Assembly: GCA_938085445.1 (NCBI GenBank) | Contig: CALKGR010000001.1 | Location: forward strand, 32,001 to 96,000 | Source of the DNA: an uncultured Rubripirellula sp. | GTDB lineage: Bacteria > Planctomycetota > Planctomycetia > Pirellulales > Pirellulaceae | Length of the DNA: 64,000 bases | Direction: 5' to 3' | Part shown: positions 9,929 through 19,427 of the stretch, one piece after another | How positions within the stretch are numbered: position 1 is the first letter of the stretch | Layout: each line of letters starts with the position of its first letter | Translations under genes and position numbers: made by a program | The notes under the pieces: model-generated | What the model was told of the DNA's origin: nothing | The model's database searches: none | Seen by the model: the letters and a program-made list of their open reading frames with translations, nothing else

Positions 9929-10568
9929 CGACGCCACCCTCCAAACTTTTTTGGAACTGCAAGTACAATCTGTTCTCAATACCTCGAATGTCATTGCCAA
10001 ATTCTGCAACCAATGACTCAGCATCTTCGATCGAAACGACTGGTATCACACCACTCTGCAAACGCGAAGCCTCGATTCTCCGGTTCAACAATTCACAGAC
10101 AAGCTCTGGACCATTGCCCTCACCAATGTGCTCTGTGTGGACGCGATACCCGTGCTTCCGCAGTGACTTGCTCAAATCGTTGTGCGTGGCAAACACCAAA
10201 GAACACCGACTACGCAAAACGCTGCGCCGAGCAGACCAGGACAACCGCTGCGCTTCATCAACAAGAATGGGATTCCCTGAAAGAATTGGTGGGCAGGGTG
10301 GATGCTCGGGAATGTAGGTATAGCTTGACTCGGGTAAACTTGATCGTAATTTCAACATTCTAGTCGTCTTACCACGACCACATTCACCAATAAATTGTAC
10401 TGCCTGTCCAGGATCACCAAGCATCTCTATCAGGTAATCAACCTCCACAACTGCCAGTTCTGCTCGCTCATCCGGTGTCAGCTCACCAAATGGGTTTCGG
10501 TGCAAATTGAAGCGTGCCCAAGGCAACCAATCAATGGAAGACGATTTATCATCTGGCGTGAGCATCAT
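9915..10568 (-). CDS. Small P-loop NTPase (AAA+-like) of unknown function
   Basis: Walker A GECGRGKTT, Walker B ILVDEAQ, N-terminal RNPF; overlaps the downstream gene start by 14 bp. Confidence 0.75.
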   Translation of the reverse strand: MMLTPDDKSSSIDWLPWARFNLHRNPFGELTPDERAELAVVEVDYLIEMLGDPGQAVQFIGECGRGKTTRMLKLRSSLPESSYTYIPEHPPCPPILSGNPILVDEAQRLSWSARRSVLRSRCSLVFATHNDLSKSLRKHGYRVHTEHIGEGNGPELVCELLNRRIEASRLQSGVIPVVSIEDAESLVAEFGNDIRGIENRLYLQFQKSLEGGVDGEM

Positions 10569-10631
10569 TTTCCAGTCGATCTATTCTTTAGTTCCTGTCC
10601 GGACGATATCATGTTCAGAGTATCTACCCCA

Positions 10632-11342
10632 ATGCAAGCCATCGACATCGTGAATCAAAAAACTGGCAACAAGTACCTCTCACTTCGTTTGCTCGCACCA
10701 CTCACTCTCATCAGTTGTGGGGTCAGTCTCGCGATGAGTGGGTTTCAATTCTCCGATTTACGTGACGAATTGGCTCATCATGGAAAATGGGCACCAGTCC
10801 TATTCATGCTTTGCGGGGTAGCAGCCATGACTGTCTTGGTCCCAAAAACTGCCGTTTCCGCTTCCGCAGGCGCGCTTTTCGGAACTCTGACCGGTGGTTT
10901 CCTGATGCTATTCATTGCCGTAACCGCCGCAAGTCTAAACTACTGCATTGCCCGCTGGTGGCTACATGAAACAATTTGCACCAAATTGGCCCGCAAGCAA
11001 CAAAACCCTCGTTCCAATCGCCTCCATAACATACGCAATGTAGCTGCTAACGCAGGGTTCCTATTCCATCTGATGGTGCGTTTGACCCCCATTCCAACCA
11101 CTCTGATCAGCTACACCATGGGTGCCAGCGGCAGTCGCATGGGTCCCTTTCTACTGGCCGCTGCAGTCGCAGTTGTTCCTCAATTACTGTGGGTCCAAAG
11201 CGGAGCATCTGCCGCAATCATTGCTGAGGGATCCGCCTCAACGATTCACTGGGTGGCAGTCCTCACATCCGTTGCGGCAGCGATTCTAACCAGCATTCTG
11301 GTTCCAAAGATTGCTTTGCAACAAATCAACCTTGTGAAGTAG
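10632..11342 (+). CDS. DedA/TVP38/TMEM64 (VTT-domain) membrane protein
   Basis: Multiple TM helices, AGALFG and VRLTPIP...ISYTMG motifs; start uncertain. Confidence 0.8.
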   Translation: MQAIDIVNQKTGNKYLSLRLLAPLTLISCGVSLAMSGFQFSDLRDELAHHGKWAPVLFMLCGVAAMTVLVPKTAVSASAGALFGTLTGGFLMLFIAVTAASLNYCIARWWLHETICTKLARKQQNPRSNRLHNIRNVAANAGFLFHLMVRLTPIPTTLISYTMGASGSRMGPFLLAAAVAVVPQLLWVQSGASAAIIAEGSASTIHWVAVLTSVAAAILTSILVPKIALQQINLVK

Positions 11343-11354
11343 CATTGGTAAAGC

Positions 11355-11825
11355 ATGACAAGTGACATTTCATCGGAACGTCAGCAGCATCCCATGATCT
11401 ATCCCTCAGGGGTCGATCTTTGGCTCGTAGTGATGCTGATGTTGGCTCCCATGACCTCCCTGGTCATTGGTGTCTACCTGTTACAACAAGGGCAAAGCGG
11501 TGGCGCGATCACGCTGTTTTTATGTGCCGTCGCAACCGCCAGCCTTACCGCAGCAGCGACCCTTCCCTGCCGTTACACGCTGCATGATGACGCACTAACA
11601 GTCCGGTGCGGACTCCTGTGTTATCAGATTCCACTCTCCGAAATTACATCCATCTCTAAGTCAGAGACAATTCTCAGTGGCCCTGCACTTTCACTGAAGC
11701 GTGTTCTCATCAAAACGTCCAAACGCACACATATTCTATCGCCCAAAAAGCGTGAATCATTCATTCAGCATCTGGAACAATCGCTGCAAACACTTGATCG
11801 GGAACAACCACGCGAAGAATCGTGA
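11355..11825 (+). CDS. Membrane-anchored bacterial PH-domain protein
   Basis: Two TM helices, then RYTLHDDALTVRCG...IPLSEITSI...PALSLKRV...ILSPK. Confidence 0.75.
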   Translation: MTSDISSERQQHPMIYPSGVDLWLVVMLMLAPMTSLVIGVYLLQQGQSGGAITLFLCAVATASLTAAATLPCRYTLHDDALTVRCGLLCYQIPLSEITSISKSETILSGPALSLKRVLIKTSKRTHILSPKKRESFIQHLEQSLQTLDREQPREES

Positions 11826-11827
11826 AA

Positions 11828-12646
11828 TCACGATTGTGCTTTTGAGAAAACAAATTCGTTACAACCCCATCCATTTGCAACCGTCTTCATGTTTTCGAGT
11901 ACAAAACCGCGCTGCCGCAGGGGAACAACAATCTCTTCCGGCTTTGCAACTTCGAATGGCAGGCCTCCTATCCAGTCAACCCAGTCATGCCATGCCGACA
12001 TCCCTCGATCCTGTCGTTTGGCATGCCAATCCCGAAACGGCAGAGGGTTCCTGAATCGAACCAAGCGAGCCAAAACGAACTTGAATTCGTAGATGCCAGC
12101 TACTGAAAGCACCCAGAAAAACCGGAACCATGGTGGTATCCCGTTGTAGATTTTTTTGATCTGCAACCAACGACGACTGGCCCCTCCCTGATCATTGTAA
12201 ATCGCCAAGCAGAATAGGCCTTTGGGCTTGGTCCTTTCAGCTGCCATTGAAATTGCTTTGTTCATGGCCCCGGTATGGTGCAGCACACCCCATGAATAGA
12301 CAATGTCCGCATACCCCAAACTCTGCATCAACACATCATCAAGAACAGACCCTTCTTTTATTTCCCACTGCTGCGACTTGGATCCAAATCGTTTGCGTAG
12401 TTCTTCACTGCAGGCTACCGAAAACCTGTCATAATCAATCGAAATGACGTCAGCACCCAAACGCTGCGCCGCCAGGGAAAACAAACCACTTCCACACCCT
12501 AGATCCATAAAGCGTTTGCCGTCAAGCGTCTCAAGCCCCAGTGACTGCTGCAGAGAGATCACCGCCTGATCAATGCGGTCCTCGTCTAATTCAGCGAGAA
12601 ACGCCTGCCAATTTTTTCCAAAAGCAAAGCGGGCTTCTTTGGTCAT
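11828..12646 (-). CDS. Class I SAM-dependent methyltransferase
   Basis: Motif I FMDLGCGSGLFS, YSWGVLHHTG, DWIGGLPFEVA. Confidence 0.88.
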   Translation of the reverse strand: MTKEARFAFGKNWQAFLAELDEDRIDQAVISLQQSLGLETLDGKRFMDLGCGSGLFSLAAQRLGADVISIDYDRFSVACSEELRKRFGSKSQQWEIKEGSVLDDVLMQSLGYADIVYSWGVLHHTGAMNKAISMAAERTKPKGLFCLAIYNDQGGASRRWLQIKKIYNGIPPWFRFFWVLSVAGIYEFKFVLARLVRFRNPLPFRDWHAKRQDRGMSAWHDWVDWIGGLPFEVAKPEEIVVPLRQRGFVLENMKTVANGWGCNEFVFSKAQS

Positions 12647-13048
12647 GCGTTTGGTTTCCTAAAGAAGCTGCCCAATGACTGACACTTGCATTGGCTCATT
12701 CAGCTCAATGGATTTTGAAAGTTTTCCGCCCCAGTGTAATCCCATCGCTATGGAATCCCATCGCCGTTACGGCGTAAAAACCACTCGCGGTGAGCAACAA
12801 AGATCCTCAGAGCTGGAAAGTCTCATCCAAAACGGGCAAAGTCCATGTATTTGAATAGTCTCACGAATAAAAAAATCTTACTGTGTGATTTCCACGCTGA
12901 CTACATCACCAAATCACCATGAAGCTGTAATCACGTCTTTCTGTTGTGTAAGGATCGTTGCCTAGTTTATAACGAACGACACCTATGGGACGTCACTACT
13001 CCCACACGCAGAAACATTTCCAGGCAGTCCTTGAGTCAAAGATCGCTG

Positions 13049-14134
13049 ATGAGCCAAAACCACAATCGTCGTTCATTTCTTAAAATAGCCGCGGGCGCTT
13101 CGGTAGCTTGCCCTGCTATCGTCACCAGTAAACGCTCCGCAGCTCAAGAGGTAATAGGAACCGGTGACCACCAATTCAAGTGTCAGCATCAATTCCCACA
13201 ACTACCAAGCCAATACTCATGGCAAACAACGCACAATGTAGCTGTCGATCCTGACAACAACTTGTATGTCATCCATGAGGGAGAAGCCAGCAAGACCGAC
13301 CATCCCTCCATTTTCGTGTTCGACTCGGATGGACAATTCATGCGGGCTTTTGGACAACAGTTTCAGGGTGGAGGGCACGGACTCGAAGTCAATGTAGAAG
13401 ACGGTGTCCCCTATCTCTACGTGGCGGCTTATCAACAAGTCAAATCGATCGCCAAGTTAACATTGAACGGTGATTTAGTTTGGCAAAAATATGCGCCTAT
13501 CCAGAGTGGGCACTATGCGACTGGCGAAGCGAGCAATCCACGGCGGGCTTGGGGACGGAACCGTTTCCTACCCACGAACTTCGCGTTTCTACCCAACGGG
13601 GATTTTTTACTCGCAGATGGTTACGGCTCCTACTACATCCACCGCTATGACAAGGATGGCAACTGGTTGTCATCCTTTGGAGGCGCCGGCAAGGGCCGCG
13701 GATCATTTAATTTACCCCACGGTTTGTGGGTCGATACAAGGGAAGGAGGCGCCCCCGAGATCGTGGTCGCTGACCGCGCGAACAATTCTCTGCAAATTTT
13801 TGATCTTCAAGGTGAATATCAAAAGACGGTAAATGGCTTTGGCTTACCCGCCAATATCGATACCAACGCTGAGTTAATGCTCGTACCAGAACTAGTAGCA
13901 AGGGTTTCACTACTTGACCGGCATCACAATACGATCGCAACGCTTGGTGATGACCGCGAACGTGTACTCAAAGACAAGCAGGACACGAAAGGCTTCTCGA
14001 TCCGGACAGACGAAACAAAATGGCAGCAGGGTAAATTTGTGCATCCCCATGACGCTTGCTTTGATCTGGAAGACAATCTCTATATTGCCGAGTGGGTCAG
14101 CACTGGCAGAATCACCAAGCTGTCGCGTGTGTAA
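13049..14134 (+). CDS. Tat-exported NHL-repeat beta-propeller (peptidylglycine amidating lyase-like)
   Basis: Twin-arginine NRRSFLK signal; NHL repeats (PTNFAF...LADGYG, LPHGLWVD...VADRANN, HPHDACFD...IAEW). Confidence 0.8.
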   Translation: MSQNHNRRSFLKIAAGASVACPAIVTSKRSAAQEVIGTGDHQFKCQHQFPQLPSQYSWQTTHNVAVDPDNNLYVIHEGEASKTDHPSIFVFDSDGQFMRAFGQQFQGGGHGLEVNVEDGVPYLYVAAYQQVKSIAKLTLNGDLVWQKYAPIQSGHYATGEASNPRRAWGRNRFLPTNFAFLPNGDFLLADGYGSYYIHRYDKDGNWLSSFGGAGKGRGSFNLPHGLWVDTREGGAPEIVVADRANNSLQIFDLQGEYQKTVNGFGLPANIDTNAELMLVPELVARVSLLDRHHNTIATLGDDRERVLKDKQDTKGFSIRTDETKWQQGKFVHPHDACFDLEDNLYIAEWVSTGRITKLSRV

Positions 14135-14156
14135 CTGCTGGCTTCGTCACACAGCC

Positions 14157-15326
14157 CTACTTGGTAAGTGAGGCTTGTCGCTTGTCTGAAGCCGGACTGC
14201 GCCGGTTCGCAAGTACCAGTAACCCAGCGAAAGTCAACGCAATACCGAGTGAAAGTGGCCATGTGACAGGCTCTGAGAATACAATCACACCAGCAATGGC
14301 TGCCATCGCCACCTGCGACGCATTGATGAGATTTACAGCCACAACCGGCAATGCCTTCAATGAAACTGACAATGCGACGAAAGCACTTAAATTCAACGCG
14401 CCCGCTGCAGCCATCATTGACCACTGGGATCGATCAACCACCGCAAGTGAATCGAGCCCGGAATTTGCAAGTGTGACTGCCCAAAGCGACAGGGTTCCGA
14501 CAAGGCCACTAATAAACATTGTGGCTGGGGCCGAAACTCCCCCTCTCATCGTTTGCCGCATGACGGCACCAAAAAGAGCATAAGCAGCTCCGGACGCAGC
14601 CGCGCACAGTGCTCCAACCCAAACAGGGTGCTCTGTGATGGAAGTTTCAGGTGTTTCGGAAGTGCTGGGATGGGAGAGGATGACCACCGCAATGATGATC
14701 ATCATCATGGCCGCAATGGTTCGCAAACGAACAGGCTCTCGCAGCAATACGCGACCCAGAATTGCACCACCGACGATCAACACACCTAAGGTAATCGGTA
14801 CAGAGGCAGCCAATCCGATAGTCCCCAGTGCAACTTGAAATGCTGCATTGCCGACGAACTGCCCGATGAGGCTGACAACGATAAACCGCGGAATCAGCCT
14901 GCGACTCGTCGCCAAAGCCTCGCCTCTCGCCAACATCCACAATAGAAATGGACCCAAGACGATGACCGTGGGAACTGCCTTGACTGCTGATACCAAAAAA
15001 GGATCCACCGCCACGCAGTGACGCAATGCGATGTTGGCCATCGTGTACAAAACGGCTGCCGAAAGCCCAAGGACAACCCCCATCACATTACCGACCGGTG
15101 GCCTCAATTCACGACGTGATCTGATTTCAACTTGGCTGGTTTTTTCGGTAGCTGCCAATGGCTTGGATCTGAGCGTTTCAACAACTTCTACACTCAATGC
15201 TGCATCCTTCGACACGGCATCGGCTGATACCAAATCGCTTGACTCTACATCCCTCAAAGAATTTTCCGTTTGCAAAATTTCTTCACAGGCATGGTCGGGC
15301 TCGGTTTGGACTTCAGGATCATTCAT
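14157..15326 (-). CDS. DMT (EamA-like) family transporter
   Basis: About 10 TM helices in two repeats, each ending LREPV/FSEPV; acidic N-terminal extension, true start uncertain. Confidence 0.85.
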   Translation of the reverse strand: MNDPEVQTEPDHACEEILQTENSLRDVESSDLVSADAVSKDAALSVEVVETLRSKPLAATEKTSQVEIRSRRELRPPVGNVMGVVLGLSAAVLYTMANIALRHCVAVDPFLVSAVKAVPTVIVLGPFLLWMLARGEALATSRRLIPRFIVVSLIGQFVGNAAFQVALGTIGLAASVPITLGVLIVGGAILGRVLLREPVRLRTIAAMMMIIIAVVILSHPSTSETPETSITEHPVWVGALCAAASGAAYALFGAVMRQTMRGGVSAPATMFISGLVGTLSLWAVTLANSGLDSLAVVDRSQWSMMAAAGALNLSAFVALSVSLKALPVVAVNLINASQVAMAAIAGVIVFSEPVTWPLSLGIALTFAGLLVLANRRSPASDKRQASLTK

Positions 15327-15554
15327 CCTAGGCCCTTGTATTCCTCAGATTGCTGATTGCAGTTGATGCCACTAACTGCGGTTTGATTTGAAGCACAACG
15401 TTGGGCAAAGCCGACGCTGCAGGCTCACTGGCTGAGCCAACCCTACACTAGGCCCCAAGCATCCATCACTCAGTGCCACGATTGGCTTTCCTGATCAGGT
15501 TAGGTTGCGATGCAGTTTAGCGTGGAGGCAAACTCTTCTGAACCGGACCACTGA

Positions 15555-16535
15555 TCAAATGCTCGACGCCATTTCTGGACCGGGGTCAGGCATGAAAACA
15601 GGCTCCGTGGTTACGCTCAAATCTGGCTTAGCAACGACCACGGTTACGTTATCCTGCCCGCCTGACGAATTCGCAAAATCAACGAGAGTTCGACACGCTG
15701 CTTCAGGATGCTCCGTCACAGCCAGCACCTCTGCCAGCATATCTGGCCCAACATACCGATGAAGGCCATCGCTGCACAGAACAATCAGATCGCCTTCCTC
15801 AAGGTCCACTCTTCGAGCTTCGGCCACCACTTCATCATTCGAATTGCCACCCAGCACGTTCCACAACACATTGCCCCAACGGCTAGTCGACTCATCCTCA
15901 GGTCGCATACCGCCTTGCTCAACCATCTGTCTTGCCAATGTGTGATCGGTTGTCAACTGCTCCACACCGCCATTGCGATACAAATAGCACCTGCTGTCCC
16001 CCGCGTGCACCACAAACATTCGCCTACCAATGCGGTGGGCCATGGTCAACGTCGTTCCCATGCCTCTGACGTTCGAATTTTTGGCAGATTCACGAAGGAT
16101 TTTTGCGTTTGCATCCTGCATCAAAAGCTGCAGATTCTCGACGAAATCATCTTCGTTCCCATCATCCCCGTGAAAAAACCAATGAACACTATTAAGCAAC
16201 CTGTGTACCAAATGAGTAATCGCAAGCTGGCTAGCCTTTTCTCCAGCGGCGTGTCCCCCCATACCGTCAGCAACCAGCAGGATTTCACCTTGGACACGCC
16301 CGAAAACTCGTTCACCCAAATCAAGTGTTGTCGCAGATACAAGCATGGACTTGATCAGCTCTGCGATCAGAAATTGATCCTGATTCACTTTTCGAACACG
16401 GCCACAATCACTAAGCCCAAAAGTTAAAGAGGGTGCGTGCTTGCTGTTCCCCATTTCGCCATCCGTAAGATATTCCGACTGTTGCCACGCGTCATTGCTG
16501 ACGCTACTTAATGTTCCCAAACGATTTTCAATCAT
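15555..16535 (-). CDS. PP2C-family Ser/Thr protein phosphatase
   Basis: GRVRKVNQD, VADGMGGH, GMGTT, HAGDSRCY, LCSDGL, GGQDNVT. Confidence 0.93.
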   Translation of the reverse strand: MIENRLGTLSSVSNDAWQQSEYLTDGEMGNSKHAPSLTFGLSDCGRVRKVNQDQFLIAELIKSMLVSATTLDLGERVFGRVQGEILLVADGMGGHAAGEKASQLAITHLVHRLLNSVHWFFHGDDGNEDDFVENLQLLMQDANAKILRESAKNSNVRGMGTTLTMAHRIGRRMFVVHAGDSRCYLYRNGGVEQLTTDHTLARQMVEQGGMRPEDESTSRWGNVLWNVLGGNSNDEVVAEARRVDLEEGDLIVLCSDGLHRYVGPDMLAEVLAVTEHPEAACRTLVDFANSSGGQDNVTVVVAKPDLSVTTEPVFMPDPGPEMASSI

Positions 16536-17466
16536 ATCAAGTTAGGGTCAGTTTGGATGGATGTGTCAATCTGGCACTCTTTTGCATGCTGCCGCCCCCA
16601 CAATTTGCTCGAAGACGCCCTCGTCTTTCTTGCATTCAACTGCCTGCCTCTAACACCTCCAGTTCCCCTGACGAGGATCATTGATTCTTACAAACAAATG
16701 CACATTATGATTGCTCGCTTCCGAACGAATGACTGGGCACGGTTACTGCAATCCCACCGGAGTCCAATGTCAGCAAACGGATTCGCAAAACAAATGACCT
16801 GACTAATCAAATCATTCCTGACAATGTCATCGGCCTCATCGAACAAATCCGAACCAACGCATGTCCAATCAGCAGCAACCAATTGACTGCTGCAGGTTCA
16901 ATCCGGCAACCACGACTGAGCGGTGTGATGTTCTACCGCGAAGCATCACGCCTAGCCCGTGCTGCAAACCTCGATAGCAAAACCACGGCATTGCCTTATC
17001 TTCGTGTTTGTCATCATGAACCTGCCACTCGTGCTTTCAAATTAATTTAGGCGGCAACCGATGCCAGCATGCCTTTGGTCACTTGCAGCACACCCCATGA
17101 ATTACTAAACGTCGTCCGCTGCATTGATGTCATGTACGTTATCATCGCCCAAAGAAGCAAACAGAAACCATCCTGAATCAGCTTCGATTCTATCTCTGCA
17201 CAAGAGCCTGACTCCGAGCCACTTACACATGACTTGTGACAGCAGGCCCCATCACTTCGACCGCAGACCGAACCTCATATTGCGAGCATTACAACACACT
17301 GTATCTGAGCAATTTGCATTTGCCATCAAGTGGATATTGCCTTCATTATATCTCTCCACTTCTTCTTCTCATTTTCGTAGATTGAGAATTCAGTCCTTGC
17401 GGAGTCGCCCCAACGATGCGACCCTCTGAGCAGTAACCACTTCTACGCTTACATGATTGGGGCATC

Positions 17467-19008
17467 ATGCTGGCACGTTTGAAGACGTTCACGCTTTCCG
17501 GGATTGAAGCGTTACCGGTTGATGTCGAGGTCGATATTTCACCGGCCGCAATGCCAAAAACCATTCTGGTTGGGCTGCCCGATACTGCCGTCAAAGAAAG
17601 TACACACCGAGTCGAACGAGCAATTGTAAATAGTGGATTTGCAAGGCCACAGGACCGGGTGGTGATCAACTTAGCCCCCGGCGATCTCCCCAAACAAGCG
17701 TCGTCTTTTGATTTACCCGTTGCCCTGGGTGTGCTAGCTGGTAGTGGCCAACTATCTGCGGAACGGCTTGATGAGTACGCCGTTGTAGGCGAACTTGCTT
17801 TGGAGGGAACAGCACGGCCCATAAAGGGAGCACTATCAATCGCAATCGAGGCGGCAAAGAACAAAGCAATTCGAGGTTTGGTTGTACCCGTTGCCAATGC
17901 AAGTGAAGCTGCGGTCGTGGAAAGTTTGCAAGTCATACCAGTACACAGTCTGGCTCAGGCGATTGCTTTCTTTGCTGGCGAATTAGAAGTCACTGCTGTA
18001 CCCTGCGAGCTCGAAAAACTTTTTGCCAAGTTCAGTATTTATGATTTGGACTTTGTAGACGTCCGAGGACAGGAATCAGCGAAAAGAGCTTTAACAATCG
18101 CTGCTGCTGGCCGTCACAACCTGGCAATGATTGGGCCGCCCGGAAGTGGCAAAACTATGCTTTCCAAACGGATGCCAACTATATTGCCACAATTGGCTGC
18201 TCCTGAATCGATCGCGACAACTCGCATCTACAGTGCGCTTGGTCAGCTACCTGCTGGCCAACCGTTGCTTGCACGCAGGCCCTTCCGCAGCCCACATCAT
18301 ACAATCAGCAATGCTGGTCTGGTTGGTGGCGGCAGCCCACCTTCACCCGGTGAAATCAGCAAAGCACACAACGGCATTCTATTCCTGGATGAACTGCCCG
18401 AATTCAATCGCAAGACACTGGAAGTCATGCGTCAACCATTAGAAGACGGCGTTGTCACAATCTCACGCGCACTCAGGTCAACAACCTTCCCTGCAGATTT
18501 CATGTTAGTCGCAGCGGCCAACCCTTGTCCGTGCGGTTACCGCAGTGATCCACGCCGAAGCTGCAATTGTACACCTCCACAAATCGAGAAGTACATGGGA
18601 AAAATTTCTGGTCCACTCATGGACAGGATCGATATCCACATCGAGGTGCCAGCAGTTCCATTTGATGAACTATCGTCAAATTCCAAAGCCGGGATTAGCA
18701 GTGCGGACATGCGCAATGATGTCCTGCTTGCGCGCGAAGCTCAGAACGCACGGTTCAGCAATGGCTCCGTCCGATACAACGCGCAAATGAGCAGCCGTCA
18801 AGTTCGTGAGTTTTGTCTACTCAATGATAGCTGCCGACACATGCTTCGCCATAGCGTTGAAGAAATGGGTCTATCAGCGCGAGCCCACGACAAGATTCTA
18901 CGGGTTTCTCGCACCATCGCTGACGTTGCTGGTGATCAACACGTCAATGAAATGCACCTTGCTGAAGCAATTGGCTACCGAAGCTTGGATCGCGATTTAT
19001 GGACCTAA
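17467..19008 (+). CDS. comM: YifB/ComM family Mg-chelatase-like AAA+ ATPase
   Basis: VINLAPGDLPK, GELALEG, GPPGSGKT, RPFRSPHH, LFLDELPEF, NPCPCG, DRIDI, LSARAHDKILRVSRTIAD. Confidence 0.93.
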   Translation: MLARLKTFTLSGIEALPVDVEVDISPAAMPKTILVGLPDTAVKESTHRVERAIVNSGFARPQDRVVINLAPGDLPKQASSFDLPVALGVLAGSGQLSAERLDEYAVVGELALEGTARPIKGALSIAIEAAKNKAIRGLVVPVANASEAAVVESLQVIPVHSLAQAIAFFAGELEVTAVPCELEKLFAKFSIYDLDFVDVRGQESAKRALTIAAAGRHNLAMIGPPGSGKTMLSKRMPTILPQLAAPESIATTRIYSALGQLPAGQPLLARRPFRSPHHTISNAGLVGGGSPPSPGEISKAHNGILFLDELPEFNRKTLEVMRQPLEDGVVTISRALRSTTFPADFMLVAAANPCPCGYRSDPRRSCNCTPPQIEKYMGKISGPLMDRIDIHIEVPAVPFDELSSNSKAGISSADMRNDVLLAREAQNARFSNGSVRYNAQMSSRQVREFCLLNDSCRHMLRHSVEEMGLSARAHDKILRVSRTIADVAGDQHVNEMHLAEAIGYRSLDRDLWT

Positions 19009-19427
19009 GCGACAGAGCTTTATCTGTGACACACGTGTGCAGGCCATTAAAAAAGAACCCAAAGACAACTGACTTCCGTATTTCAGTGCGATTCTCGCGA
19101 CGTTCTCACTGGCTTCCCAATTGATCGCAAAAGCACACCCTTGTTAGTCACTGCGTTGCAGAACTCAAAATTTCCTTAAGGGACACGATAAAATCCTGCG
19201 AGTGGCAGGAACCATTGCTGCTGCCGAAGGAAGCAAAAAATTCGAAAACAAACGTTCAACAAAGCTTTCGACTGTCGAACATCGCTACCGCGAATGACTG
19301 ATTGAAGACGTCGATTTCACAAACTGTCTTCATTGGAAAAATGCTGTTCTCCACTTTGGCTTACGTCCACACATGACCCACGGTATTCCTTTTCACCTTT
19401 TCCCTGCGAGGAATACCAAGGTCGCTT

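Noticed and set aside
15708..16427. 239-aa antisense ORF (and similar antisense ORFs at 5826, 17346 and 29203)
   Set aside because: Each lies opposite a well-supported gene and has no independent features.
16567..16579. 13-mer CAATCTGGCACTC also present near 51990
   Set aside because: Matches of this length are expected by chance many times in 64 kb, and the flanks do not align.
16571..16586. Sigma-54-like CTGGCACTCTTTTGCA
   Set aside because: GG-to-GC spacing is 9 nt, not the required 10, and no convincing gene follows on that strand.
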